DNA from: an uncultured Gammaproteobacteria bacterium
Lineage (GTDB): Bacteria; Patescibacteriota; Microgenomatia; Levybacterales; GWA1-39-11
Assembly: GCA_964504535.1 (NCBI GenBank)
Contig: CAZDED010000007.1
Location: forward strand, 12,353 to 76,352
Direction: 5' to 3'
DNA: 64,000 bases
The notes below the pieces were generated by a model. It was not told the origin of the DNA and ran no database searches. It saw only the letters and a list, made by a program, of their open reading frames with translations. Of this stretch, positions 48,514-58,339 are shown piece by piece. The position numbers and the translations under genes were made by a program. How positions within the stretch are numbered: the stretch's first letter is position 1; each line of letters begins with the position of its first letter.

Positions 48514-48938
48514 GCGTATACTCGTTAGGCTTGAGGTTAGAGAAGGCAGCTTTCATAAATTCTCCCCCAAATTTCCAAAAGCTCTCTTCCCTGATCTTGA
48601 AGATTAGGAAAGTAGTATGAAGCAGACTATCCAATAGCTGGATAACTTTGCTTATAAGTACCACTTTGTTCTTTGACAATTGGTATACAGAAAAATTATT
48701 TCGGTTGACACTTTGGTGTCGGATTGAGCGTTCCGTTGGCATGAAAGCTGCACAACGGGCCGCTCAACCCGGCACTGTAAGTTACAACCGGAAAAACAAC
48801 ACTAAGGAGAAGAACATATTGGAGGCTCGATCTCCGCCCACCATTCCCCAACCGCAAGGCTGGGTCAAAAGAATGTAAGCGGTATCGTCCGCCTACATTC
48901 TTCCACTAAGTCAGAGTTCAGTTCCGGAGGAAAACACC

Positions 48939-49949
48939 TTGTCCAAGACTTGGATCGCTATCACCTCCATCGTTCTGACGATGGCCGTGATGATCGGTGG
49001 AGGCTGGGTTATCGCCCACCTTCCTAGCACGTCCGCCAACGCGGACGGCCCCGACGGAAGCCCCACGGCTTCCGCCACCGCGACCGTCACTGCGACGGCC
49101 ACCCAGACGCCCACTCCGGGCACCGACAAGAAGGACCAGCCGCCGGTGCCAAGCGCCGTCTGCCGGCTCGACAAGGTGGGCACATTCGCCGAGGTATCCT
49201 CGGCTGGCCCACAACGCATCGAAGTTGGCGGGGGGGGAACCCAGCACGTTGACTTCTATCCTGACCGCGGTGTCCCATCCGTTTCCTACATCGTAGGACC
49301 CGGTAAGGTCATAGTGGCACATGGATTTGGGAGCATCTGGGAGGGCAACCTTCCGGACTGTGCTCAGTTCAAATGGGTCGCCGATGCGACCGAATACGCT
49401 CTCGGCAACGTGGGCAACAATCGGCCGGACCGGCTTACGAAAGGTCACAGCGGCATCGTCATCGACATGAGGAGCAATCCTCCTGAAATCGTTGCGAACG
49501 CTCTCGGCCTCAACACGGCGCAGATCGTAAATCTGCTCGCAAAGCACGTGAAGGGAATGGAACTCACCGATAGCCAGAAGCAAATGCTGATGACTATCCG
49601 GATGGCCGCCGGCGTCACAACGCCTGCCGCCGGATCCAATACTGCTACGTGCAGCGAAGGTACCCGCGCCGACCACAAGCCGGCCAAGGATACCGCGTGG
49701 GACATTACGCCTACAGACTCCTTCCGCGTGGTCAACGTCTGGTCCAACCAGCGTGACCCCAACCTGGGAGACCACAAGCTCCTTCTCAAGCCTGGTGAGA
49801 GCGCAAGCCTCATGGGCGGCGGCGGTGCCGCCTGGTCCTTCCCGGCAAGCTGTGGCGACGCTGCCCAGGCCGCCTATGAGGCCAATACGAACCCGGCCAT
49901 AAGCCTGGCTCAGTACAAGGCCTACGTCGAAAAGGGCACCATGCCCTAG
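48939..49949 (+). CDS. Secreted or membrane-anchored hypothetical protein, GC-rich island
   Basis: GGAGG SD before TTG; N-terminal TM; Thr/Ala/Pro linker; GC-rich third positions. Confidence 0.75.
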   Translation: MSKTWIAITSIVLTMAVMIGGGWVIAHLPSTSANADGPDGSPTASATATVTATATQTPTPGTDKKDQPPVPSAVCRLDKVGTFAEVSSAGPQRIEVGGGGTQHVDFYPDRGVPSVSYIVGPGKVIVAHGFGSIWEGNLPDCAQFKWVADATEYALGNVGNNRPDRLTKGHSGIVIDMRSNPPEIVANALGLNTAQIVNLLAKHVKGMELTDSQKQMLMTIRMAAGVTTPAAGSNTATCSEGTRADHKPAKDTAWDITPTDSFRVVNVWSNQRDPNLGDHKLLLKPGESASLMGGGGAAWSFPASCGDAAQAAYEANTNPAISLAQYKAYVEKGTMP

Positions 49950-49975
49950 ACATGAGTACCTCTGTATACCAAGCT

Positions 49976-50004
49976 CGGGATGCCCCCTACTGGGGGGCAT
50001 CCCG
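49976..50004 (+). terminator. GC-rich hairpin after the island gene
   Basis: CGGGATGCCCCC…GGGGGCATCCCG stem. Confidence 0.6.
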
Positions 50005-50133
50005 GCACAAGAGGGGAGGCGCTAACACCGCCTTCGAAGAACAAACCGGGCTTGCCCGGCAGAATGCTTCGGAGTCGATTGCCTCCCCCCTTTCCCCCTG
50101 TACATAAATATTTTGTGTATAGAGCCGAAAGGT

Positions 50134-50343
50134 ATGAAAATTTTACAAATTACAGTAATTGCACTTATAGGAATAGGCCTCATTGGGGTCATATATTTCC
50201 TTGGTTCAAAGCATATCCGCAATGAAGCGATTGACAAATGTTTGGCTTCCGGAAAGACGCAATTTGTGAGAGATGGACAAACGCTTACTGGTCCTGATGG
50301 ATACTGGTACCAGTTCTGCATGAAAGAAAAAAACATTAAATAA
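50134..50343 (+). CDS. Small membrane-anchored protein with Cys pair
   Basis: MKILQITVIALIGIG TM; leads the glycosyltransferase operon. Confidence 0.65.
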   Translation: MKILQITVIALIGIGLIGVIYFLGSKHIRNEAIDKCLASGKTQFVRDGQTLTGPDGYWYQFCMKEKNIK

Positions 50344-50348
50344 GCCGT

Positions 50349-51236
50349 ATGAAAAAACCTTTAATATCAGTCATCATGCCCGTCTACAATGCAGGAAAAT
50401 ACCTAAAACCTGCGATTGATAGTATTTTGGCACAAACATTTCAAGATTTTGAACTGATTCTTATCGATGATGCATCCTCAGATGGTTCACGTGAAATATT
50501 GGAACAATATAAAAGACGGTTCCCATTTAGAGTTAAAGTCATAGAATTACGCAAAAACCTGAATTGCGGGGGAGATAGATGTGCCAATGAAGGACTGAAG
50601 ATTGCAAAAGGAACATTTATCGCCAGAATGGATGCTGACGATGTAGCTCATAAAAGCAGACTTCAAAAACAAGTTGAGTTTCTCAAGAAGAATAAAGATG
50701 TTTTCTTGGTGGGTTCAAATGCGTATGTGATTGATAAAAAAGGAAAAATAATTGGTGAAAAAAATGAACCATCAACCCACAAAGAAATATATAATTCCTA
50801 TTTCTCTTTTCACCCACTTATCCATCCCACGTGCATGATGAGAAGAAATTTCAAGAATAAAAAATTTAGCTACAAACTTTCATACAATGCAAATAACGAC
50901 TACCTGACTTTCTTTACTCTTATCTGTAGTGGTGCAAAATTTGCCAACCTCAAAGATAAGCTCTTGTACTATAGAATTCATGGAAAGAACGATACATTTG
51001 TCCACATGAAGCAAAAATTCGTAAATACCATGAAAATCAGAATAAAAATGATATCAAAACATGGATACAGACCAAGCAAACGAGCTGTTGCTTTGAGTAT
51101 TCTCCAAACAACCGCATTTTTGTTACTTCCCGAAAAAGTGCTTTTCAATATGTACCTTACGAGCCGCGGGATCATAAAAAGACCGGTATTTAATTTTTCA
51201 TATAAAAATTTTGTATCAGTGAGACTTAGTGCCTAA
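50349..51236 (+). CDS. Glycosyltransferase family 2
   Basis: ISVIMPVYN, IDDASSD, IARMDADD. Confidence 0.93.
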   Translation: MKKPLISVIMPVYNAGKYLKPAIDSILAQTFQDFELILIDDASSDGSREILEQYKRRFPFRVKVIELRKNLNCGGDRCANEGLKIAKGTFIARMDADDVAHKSRLQKQVEFLKKNKDVFLVGSNAYVIDKKGKIIGEKNEPSTHKEIYNSYFSFHPLIHPTCMMRRNFKNKKFSYKLSYNANNDYLTFFTLICSGAKFANLKDKLLYYRIHGKNDTFVHMKQKFVNTMKIRIKMISKHGYRPSKRAVALSILQTTAFLLLPEKVLFNMYLTSRGIIKRPVFNFSYKNFVSVRLSA

Positions 51237-54200
51237 TATGAATTTAGTTAAGAAAATATGGAAAAACTTCTCATACCCCCTGCTTCTCATAGTCATTGAA
51301 GCAGTACTTTTTGCGGCAAACTACACTCCAAAAACATTCCTCATCGGCTGGGACAATGTAATGCCTGAGTTCAATCTGAGGTTAAATTACCTCAGAGCTT
51401 TAAGTGCAGTATGGCAAGACTATAGAGGGCTTGGAACATTGGACGGGATGGCACATGCTGCCAATCTCTTCCACGTTATATACATTAACATTCTTAGTTT
51501 CTTCCTGCCTCAAAACTTGCTTCGCTACTCATTTATTGACCTTACCCATCTTATTGGTGGAATCGCTTTTTACTTTTTAGCTGTAAAGTTATTTAAAAAC
51601 AAACATGGAGCATTTTTAGGAGCTCTCTTTTACCTTTTCAATCTTGGGGTTATCCAAATGTACTTTGCACCCCTTGAGGTGTTTACAATGCACTTTGCCG
51701 CACTTCCCGTGATGGGTCTTGCGATACTCAACGCATTAAAGAAAAAGTCTAAAACCTCCTTATTTGTTCTTGGAGCGGCAAGCCTACTTACAACTCCGCA
51801 GGCTTTTGTTCCAACAGTATTTATCTCCTACTCACTTTTTGTTGCCCTACTTGTGGTTTTTTCATTCAAAAAAACCTTGATCAATAGATTTATTCTAATT
51901 TTAGGAATTCTCTTTATTACCAATGCTTTTTGGTTGCTTCCTTTTTCATATACTGCCGTTTTTAAATCGAAAGTCATCCAAAACACAAGGATCAATGAAT
52001 TCTCATCTGAAGAGATCTATTACCGCAACAAAGCAAAGGGTACTCTAACTGACGTGATGACTCTTAAGGGATTTATGATAGATACTATCGAATATGATTC
52101 ATTTAAGAAAGGAAATTTTAACTTCATGCAGAAGTGGCTTGACCAAACAAAAACTGTCCCATTTACAGTAATTTCAACAATTATCGCAGGGCTTATGATA
52201 CTTGGGTCATTTCTTGTCATCCGCTTCAGACTTAGGTCTCTCTACCCTTTTTTGGCTACAAACCTAATCTCACTCGTTCTTCTTGCCAATAATACTCCTG
52301 GCTTGACAGTAATTAATGACGGGCTAAGGACAATTTTCCCACTTTTTGGTGAGGCCTTCCGCTTCCCATTTACTAAGTTCATTACAGTTTTTGCATTTAC
52401 ATACGCTATGCTTTTTGGACTTGGTGTGAGTTTTGCCATCAAATTTTTTCTCAACGGCTTTTCTTCAGTCCTTAAACAGGTAGAATTTTTAAAACATAAG
52501 GCAATACTTCTATCTTTAATATTCTACATTCTGATTATCGCAATCATCTCTGCCTCAATTGTGTGGTATGCGAAACCAGCATTTACCGGCAACTTCACCT
52601 CACCATTCTTAAGGCTTTCAGTGCCTACAGACTATCAAGCCACAATGACATACTTTAATGGCCAAAATCCAGATGGAAGAATTCTAACATTCCCACTCAC
52701 TAGTTTTTGGAATTGGGAATATCGAAATTGGGGTCACAGAGGTTCAGGCTTTTTGTGGTATGGAATTTCCCAGCCCCTTCTTACTAGAGCATTTGATCCA
52801 TGGAGTAACTTTAACGAACAACTCTTCAATGAGTTTGCAACGTCTTATTCAAATAAGAATATTGCTTCATTTGATACATTACTTAAGAAATATGATATCT
52901 CATACATATTAATCGATAAGACTCTTCTGAACACTATCTCTCCAAAACCAGTTGATTATGGCGAGATTGAGGAATTTTTAGGTAAAAGCTTATTGCTCAA
53001 AAAAGATGCTTTATTCGGTTCTCAACTGATATATAAGTCAAAAGTATTACCTTCGAAGGTGTCACAATTGCCACTACGTAGTACGGTCAGTTCGTATCCT
53101 GCTGTAACACAACAGTCAATAGATGGTTTAATTTCATCATTAGGTAACTATTATGAATCAACAAACAATCCAGACATCACAACTCCCCTGCCTTCACTAT
53201 CTACATTGAAACTTCAAAAAGATAACCAATTCAATTGGATATACAAGAACAATGTCTTAACATTTAACTCAAAAAATATTCCCTTCGATTCTAAGGGTAA
53301 AAAAATCCTGCTCCCTTCTCTATTTAAGGAAGAATTTTTAATACCTGTTAACGTTTCGGCTGGGGAAAATACAGTTACCATAACACCCATATATCCAAAT
53401 GTTGTCATAAATGGTAAAAGCTTGACGGTGCCTGTAAAACCCATTGTTATCCATACAGAAAATGTCATCTATCCAACCAAAATAAGTTTTGTAGATACCA
53501 ACAATACTGTCGAAATTGGTGAAAATATCAATAGTTTTCTTCTGAATAACTTTACCAACACCATAAAAATTAGTGATGGGATCAATGAAGAATATGCGAC
53601 TATAGATACAACTATTATTGATAAGTCGCCTGTAATCTTTGACCTTCCTACTGACAAAATAACTACATTTGAAATTTCAGTGCCAACTTTTGATACTGAG
53701 CTTGGTAAGGCAAATTATGTGAAGAACAAGCAGTACATCATCACAAAAGCATCTGATCAGTCAAAGATCAAAAACAACGCATCAAACTCAAAAACTACGG
53801 TTACCAAAAATGGTGTAAGCCTTGAGGCCATAAATGACACGACATCACTTGATATATATCTTGATACTCTATACCACGCGGCATCATATGCTGTGGTTGG
53901 CTCCATTAACCACAAAAAGGGTCTCCCTGTAAATTTTTATGTTGATAATCCTAAAGAATCAAAACCAATTCTAGAGACAAAAATGGGATCTGGTCAAAAT
54001 ATTGCGATAGTTGCCGGCACCGATACGTATTCAACAGGATACGGATTTCATTTCGGGGTAAAATCAGTAGGAAGTGAGGAGGCTAACTCACAAATAAATG
54101 AGGTAAACATCTTTCCTATACCTCAAAAGACAATTGAATCCGTACGTATTTTTAACCCAGACTCTTATATATTATCCGGTCAAACCTCAGAAAAGGATAG

Positions 54201-54654
54201 TCTTTCCTATACAAAAACAAGTGATTTCGTATTTGAGACTGTGGCCAGGAATGACTCTATCCTTGTACTATCCGAGTCCTTTGACAGAGGATGGAAAGCT
54301 TACGACACAGGAGACAGTGGACAGGAGACAGGAGTTAAAAAAACACTCGCTTCAATATTTCCGTTCATTTTTGGGAAAGAAGTAAAGTCACATGTCTTAG
54401 TCAACAACTGGGCAAATGGGTGGATACTGGATAACAAACAACAAACCTCAAACAATAAACTAAATTTAGTCTATTTGCCTCAATATCTTGAGATTTTGGG
54501 ACTTTTATTTCTTGGGATTCCGTTACTTTTTATTCTCATTTCTTTATATGAAAGATTCATACTACCTATTACTACCAATGTGGATGCATTCTTTGATCTA
54601 AAAGCCAACGCGCTTCGCAAGAAAATAAACAAAAGTCTCCATCCTAATTCCTAA
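51229..54654 (+). CDS. Large polytopic membrane protein, GT-C/YfhO/AftD-like, with big extracellular domain
   Basis: About 12 TM in the N-terminal half; FGEAFRFPFTKF; C-terminal LVLSESFDRGWKA…VNNWANGW…YLPQ plus TM. Start may be the ATG at 51238. Confidence 0.7.
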   Translation: MPNMNLVKKIWKNFSYPLLLIVIEAVLFAANYTPKTFLIGWDNVMPEFNLRLNYLRALSAVWQDYRGLGTLDGMAHAANLFHVIYINILSFFLPQNLLRYSFIDLTHLIGGIAFYFLAVKLFKNKHGAFLGALFYLFNLGVIQMYFAPLEVFTMHFAALPVMGLAILNALKKKSKTSLFVLGAASLLTTPQAFVPTVFISYSLFVALLVVFSFKKTLINRFILILGILFITNAFWLLPFSYTAVFKSKVIQNTRINEFSSEEIYYRNKAKGTLTDVMTLKGFMIDTIEYDSFKKGNFNFMQKWLDQTKTVPFTVISTIIAGLMILGSFLVIRFRLRSLYPFLATNLISLVLLANNTPGLTVINDGLRTIFPLFGEAFRFPFTKFITVFAFTYAMLFGLGVSFAIKFFLNGFSSVLKQVEFLKHKAILLSLIFYILIIAIISASIVWYAKPAFTGNFTSPFLRLSVPTDYQATMTYFNGQNPDGRILTFPLTSFWNWEYRNWGHRGSGFLWYGISQPLLTRAFDPWSNFNEQLFNEFATSYSNKNIASFDTLLKKYDISYILIDKTLLNTISPKPVDYGEIEEFLGKSLLLKKDALFGSQLIYKSKVLPSKVSQLPLRSTVSSYPAVTQQSIDGLISSLGNYYESTNNPDITTPLPSLSTLKLQKDNQFNWIYKNNVLTFNSKNIPFDSKGKKILLPSLFKEEFLIPVNVSAGENTVTITPIYPNVVINGKSLTVPVKPIVIHTENVIYPTKISFVDTNNTVEIGENINSFLLNNFTNTIKISDGINEEYATIDTTIIDKSPVIFDLPTDKITTFEISVPTFDTELGKANYVKNKQYIITKASDQSKIKNNASNSKTTVTKNGVSLEAINDTTSLDIYLDTLYHAASYAVVGSINHKKGLPVNFYVDNPKESKPILETKMGSGQNIAIVAGTDTYSTGYGFHFGVKSVGSEEANSQINEVNIFPIPQKTIESVRIFNPDSYILSGQTSEKDSLSYTKTSDFVFETVARNDSILVLSESFDRGWKAYDTGDSGQETGVKKTLASIFPFIFGKEVKSHVLVNNWANGWILDNKQQTSNNKLNLVYLPQYLEILGLLFLGIPLLFILISLYERFILPITTNVDAFFDLKANALRKKINKSLHPNS

Positions 54655-54831
54655 TTGCTAATTTCTAAATTCGGACTTATTCCCAAGTTATCCACATTAA
54701 ATCATCTGTGTCAATTTAGCCTATTATATCAGCGTAAATCATATTTCTCACAACTCTAGGTCTACATCATAATATATCACTTTTGTTATAGGTTGAAGAG
54801 GTTGACAAGATGTGTTATACTTTTGATAATT

Positions 54832-54981
54832 ATGAAACTTTTTTCATTCACCACCAAAAAACGCTCCAAAAACAATAGAAGTAAAAGGATTTTTGCGGAC
54901 TATCAACAGGAGTCTATAAACAACTACGGGAAACAACAATTAAAATCACTCATCAGCAAGGGCATTAGTGTCCAGTGGTAA
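54832..54981 (+). CDS. Small basic hypothetical protein (49 aa)
   Basis: Promoter-like TTGACA…GATAAT immediately before the ATG; followed by a structured region. Confidence 0.55.
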   Translation: MKLFSFTTKKRSKNNRSKRIFADYQQESINNYGKQQLKSLISKGISVQW

Positions 54982-54986
54982 GTAAA

Positions 54987-55412
54987 CTTGAGACCTTCGG
55001 TCTTAAGCAAGCATTGCCAAGATTGGTGAGGCAGGATCTTTAAAATCAAGCGCAGTTTGATTTCAAGCTTCGCTTAAAATAACGGGTTTTTGGTTAACAG
55101 TTGTCTTTCTTTCTTTGACGAGGAGAAAGAAAAAGAGCATCGCTTTCGCTACTCATAAATAAATTCAAGTACGAAAAGCAATGCTCTTTTAACTGTTAGC
55201 TATTAGTCTTTAGGCAGGGTAAGACTATGCTAAGAATCAAATTAGCAAATTCTACTCTGCGTTGTCAAGAAAAAACGATGAAGCGGATTGTGATCATTTA
55301 GATTGTTAAATGGACACTTTTCACGAGTCGTGAAAATTTCTTATTAAGGGTATTTGATCGGGAGTGAGTGAGTTGGGCAGGCTTTCTCACTTCCGATTAA
55401 GTACCCTTTTAT
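54987..55412 (+). ncRNA. Candidate structured non-coding RNA or structured 3' UTR
   Basis: Series of stems, including a 23-bp helix 55346-55368/55386-55408 with three G-U pairs on the + strand and a multibranch closed by 55095-55102/55191-55198. Confidence 0.45.
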
Positions 55413-55452
55413 TTTGGGAAACAACAAACTGAGGGCTTCTAGCTTCTAGCTA

Positions 55453-56910
55453 TTATTTTGAGGGGGTAATTACCTTAATTGTGCTGACTCTACCTTCAAC
55501 CATCCAGTTATCTCCGTATAGAAGAATATAATATTTACTGTCATCAAAAACCTCTATCTTTTTAAGGTAACTTATTGCATTTTTCATATCATCCAGCTTC
55601 ACAGGTTGGCCTTTTTTAAATATTTTCGGCTGTACAAAAGGGAAAACTCCATAATTTACAGTCAAACTGTCACGAACTTTCTCATTTGGTGCAAAAACAA
55701 AAATCGGAGCTTCTGCTCTATATCTTGAAAGCTTCCGGGCTGTCCTACCACCTTCTGTAAAGACCACAAAGCCACCAAAATTGAAGTTTTTCTTACGGAA
55801 CTGTAGGTATAGGTTGTATGCGGTGTCACAAAGCATTTCTTCAGCATCTACGGTTATGAAATCAAATGTGTTTCGTGTATCTTTAACGAGAACGTTCTTT
55901 TCGTTAAAAACGATAGTCTTTTTCATCATAGATACAGCCTCTAAAGGATATTGACCTGCAGCTGATTCTTCTGAAAGCATGACCATGTCGGTCAAATCAA
56001 AAGCTGCGTTTGCTATATCTGAGATCTCAGCACGTGTTGGGTATGGCTTTTCTATCATTGAGTGGATCATTTGAGTAGCTGTTATAACTGGAAAACCACG
56101 CTCCATACATTTCTTGATCATAATTTTCTGATAGTAAGGCACTTGCTCAATTGGTAGCTCTACTCCCAAATCACCTCGGGCAACCATAATTCCCTCAGAT
56201 GCATCAATAACCTCATCTAGCGCATCAATTGCTAATTTTGTCTCAATTTTTGAAATGACACGACCGGCAAATCCATTCTTTGCCATAAATTTCTTGAGAT
56301 CAAAAACATCTTGTGCAGTTCTGACAAATGACAGTGCCACAAAATCAACAGGAGAATCGGCAAATCCCTTTATTGCCTCTTTATCCCGGTCAGTAATTGC
56401 AGCTAATGGAAAATATACACCGGGAACGCTCAACGTTTTTCTTGTCTTGAGCGATCCATTAGAATGAGCCACAAGTGTGACAGCGTCTTTCCCTGCCTTT
56501 ATGACTTCGAATTGGAATTTTCCGTCATCTACAACTACCTTCTGGCCTTTCTCAAGATACGAAAGTACTACATCGTCAGTCAAAGAAAAACTGTCGTTGT
56601 CTTTTTGCTGCTTTGTTATGGTTATTTCACTACCCTTAACAATAGCAATCTCAGAACTCTGAGGAGTAACGAGTCTGATTTCTGGTCCTTGAAGGTCAAT
56701 AAGAACTCCAATTGCCCTATCCATTTTCTTTGCGATTGATTTAACAAGACTGATTTTTTCTTTATGCCATGATAGTTCGTTGTGCTTGAGGTTAAACCGA
56801 AAAACGTCAACTCCTTCTTCGATGAGTTTTTTGATCATTTCTTCACTCTCAGAAGCTGGACCAATGGTTGCAATTATTTTTGTATATTCGTGTACGTTCA
56901 TTTTCTTCAT
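55453..56910 (-). CDS. pyk: Pyruvate kinase
   Basis: TKIIATIGPAS, DLQGPEIR, SKIET, IMVARGDLGVE, ITATQM, PTRAE, VMLSEESAAGQYP. Confidence 0.96.
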   Translation of the reverse strand: MKKMNVHEYTKIIATIGPASESEEMIKKLIEEGVDVFRFNLKHNELSWHKEKISLVKSIAKKMDRAIGVLIDLQGPEIRLVTPQSSEIAIVKGSEITITKQQKDNDSFSLTDDVVLSYLEKGQKVVVDDGKFQFEVIKAGKDAVTLVAHSNGSLKTRKTLSVPGVYFPLAAITDRDKEAIKGFADSPVDFVALSFVRTAQDVFDLKKFMAKNGFAGRVISKIETKLAIDALDEVIDASEGIMVARGDLGVELPIEQVPYYQKIMIKKCMERGFPVITATQMIHSMIEKPYPTRAEISDIANAAFDLTDMVMLSEESAAGQYPLEAVSMMKKTIVFNEKNVLVKDTRNTFDFITVDAEEMLCDTAYNLYLQFRKKNFNFGGFVVFTEGGRTARKLSRYRAEAPIFVFAPNEKVRDSLTVNYGVFPFVQPKIFKKGQPVKLDDMKNAISYLKKIEVFDDSKYYILLYGDNWMVEGRVSTIKVITPSK

Positions 56911-57118
56911 GTTTAAGACCAAAAAAGCGGCATCCATTTGATACCGCAAGAACTCATTTTAATACGGATGAACTCATTTGTAAAGAGATTAGTTGAATAA
57001 CTACTAATTAATGCTATACTACGAGTCGTTTATTGGTTCTACCTGAAGTTATAAGCTTAACTTCAATAGAAGAGCCAGTAAATAGTCGATTCGGCAATTA
57101 AGAAAGGACAAAAAGGCA

Positions 57119-57394
57119 ATGGCTGTTCTTCTCATCCTGACCGCAGGTACAATCCTCGGGGTTGTAGCTGGCGTTCACCTAGTAGAGGCATTCCTTGGAA
57201 AGAGGGACCTGCTCATAACCATCATCTGGGCTGCTGTTGCTTCTGCGCTGGTAAGCTTAGGGGTTAGCCTCGAAGCTCAGCAATTGGATGCAGCATTCCA
57301 TGCAGTCATTGTGATGACTGCACTCCTGGCATCGATTGCGTTGAGTATTGGAATGCTATTTAGAGGAGTGTACTATCTCATTTGCCTCAGGTAA
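57119..57394 (+). CDS. Small 3-TM hypothetical membrane protein
   Basis: SD AGAAAGGA upstream; hydrophobic; preceded by TATACT and a long hairpin leader. Confidence 0.65.
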   Translation: MAVLLILTAGTILGVVAGVHLVEAFLGKRDLLITIIWAAVASALVSLGVSLEAQQLDAAFHAVIVMTALLASIALSIGMLFRGVYYLICLR

Positions 57395-57419
57395 TGAATC
57401 GCCGAACAACAAGCCCCAC

Positions 57420-58250
57420 CTATTTTTTGGAAGAAGGTGGGGCACCTACCCCCCCAACTATCTTTCCGAAAAATATCCTTCCAACGTCTGTCTGGATCAC
57501 TCTTGAGATTATTACCTTCACGGTTTCATCAATGAGATCCTCCCCCTCTTCAACAACAACCATAGTTCCATCAGGCAAATACCCTACTCCTTGCCTATCA
57601 CCTTTTCCTTTTTGAATAACTTTTATAAAAAAGGCTTCTCCCGGAAGGGCTGTCGTTTTTAGGACGTTTGCCATCTCGTACATGTCAATTGCGGTGACTC
57701 CCGAGATTTGTCCTTTTTTTGAAAGGTTGAAATCACAGGTGATAATTTTGCCCTTTGTCTTTTTAGCAGCTTCGATGATACGCTCATCTACAGGTTTTTT
57801 TATACTAGAATCGTCATACGTCTCAAAAAGAATTCCTTTGCTTTTTCTGAGAATTTCAAGCAGGGTCAACCCTTTTCTCCCCCGCTCTTTTTTCAATTCA
57901 TCTTTTGAATCGGCAATATGCTTTAACTCATCCAAAACTCCGTCTAAAACAACAAAGGTTCCGGTAAAAACTCCTAAACGAATTAGCTCAAAAACTCGTG
58001 CGTCAATAATTGCTGACGTATCTAAAAATAATGGGTTATCGAGTTTTTTTTGTGAATCAGGGGCTGAAGGTGCTCTTTTGAGCCTATTTGAAACCCTCAT
58101 TGCTACCTCTTCTGCAATTTGACTAACAACGCGCTGTGGAAGTAGGATTCCCTCAAGGATTCTGTTCGCTTCATGTACATGAGGGACTACTGTCCCTTTT
58201 GTAGATTTTTTAACAACTTTCTTAGTTGATTTATTATTTTCCTTAGCCAT
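57420..58250 (-). CDS. PIN/TRAM domain protein (YacL-like, no N-terminal TMs)
   Basis: LDTSAIIDAR, ELKHIADS, ITCDFNL, QGVGYLPDGTMVVVE; downstream of radA as in Firmicutes. Confidence 0.9.
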   Translation of the reverse strand: MAKENNKSTKKVVKKSTKGTVVPHVHEANRILEGILLPQRVVSQIAEEVAMRVSNRLKRAPSAPDSQKKLDNPLFLDTSAIIDARVFELIRLGVFTGTFVVLDGVLDELKHIADSKDELKKERGRKGLTLLEILRKSKGILFETYDDSSIKKPVDERIIEAAKKTKGKIITCDFNLSKKGQISGVTAIDMYEMANVLKTTALPGEAFFIKVIQKGKGDRQGVGYLPDGTMVVVEEGEDLIDETVKVIISRVIQTDVGRIFFGKIVGGVGAPPSSKK

Positions 58251-58339
58251 ATTTTCTATTAACTGATATTTATATTTATTAATTGTTAGAATTTTACGTA
58301 TAATAAGCTTAAATTTAACTGAATCCTTACTCCTGTATT

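Noticed and set aside
54677-54696. oriC
   Set aside because: One perfect and one imperfect DnaA box only; no dnaA/dnaN or box cluster nearby.
56930-56982. ~20-bp spaced GAACTCATTT repeats upstream of pyk as an operator
   Set aside because: Two exact 10-mers plus one weak copy; too little to call without comparative data.
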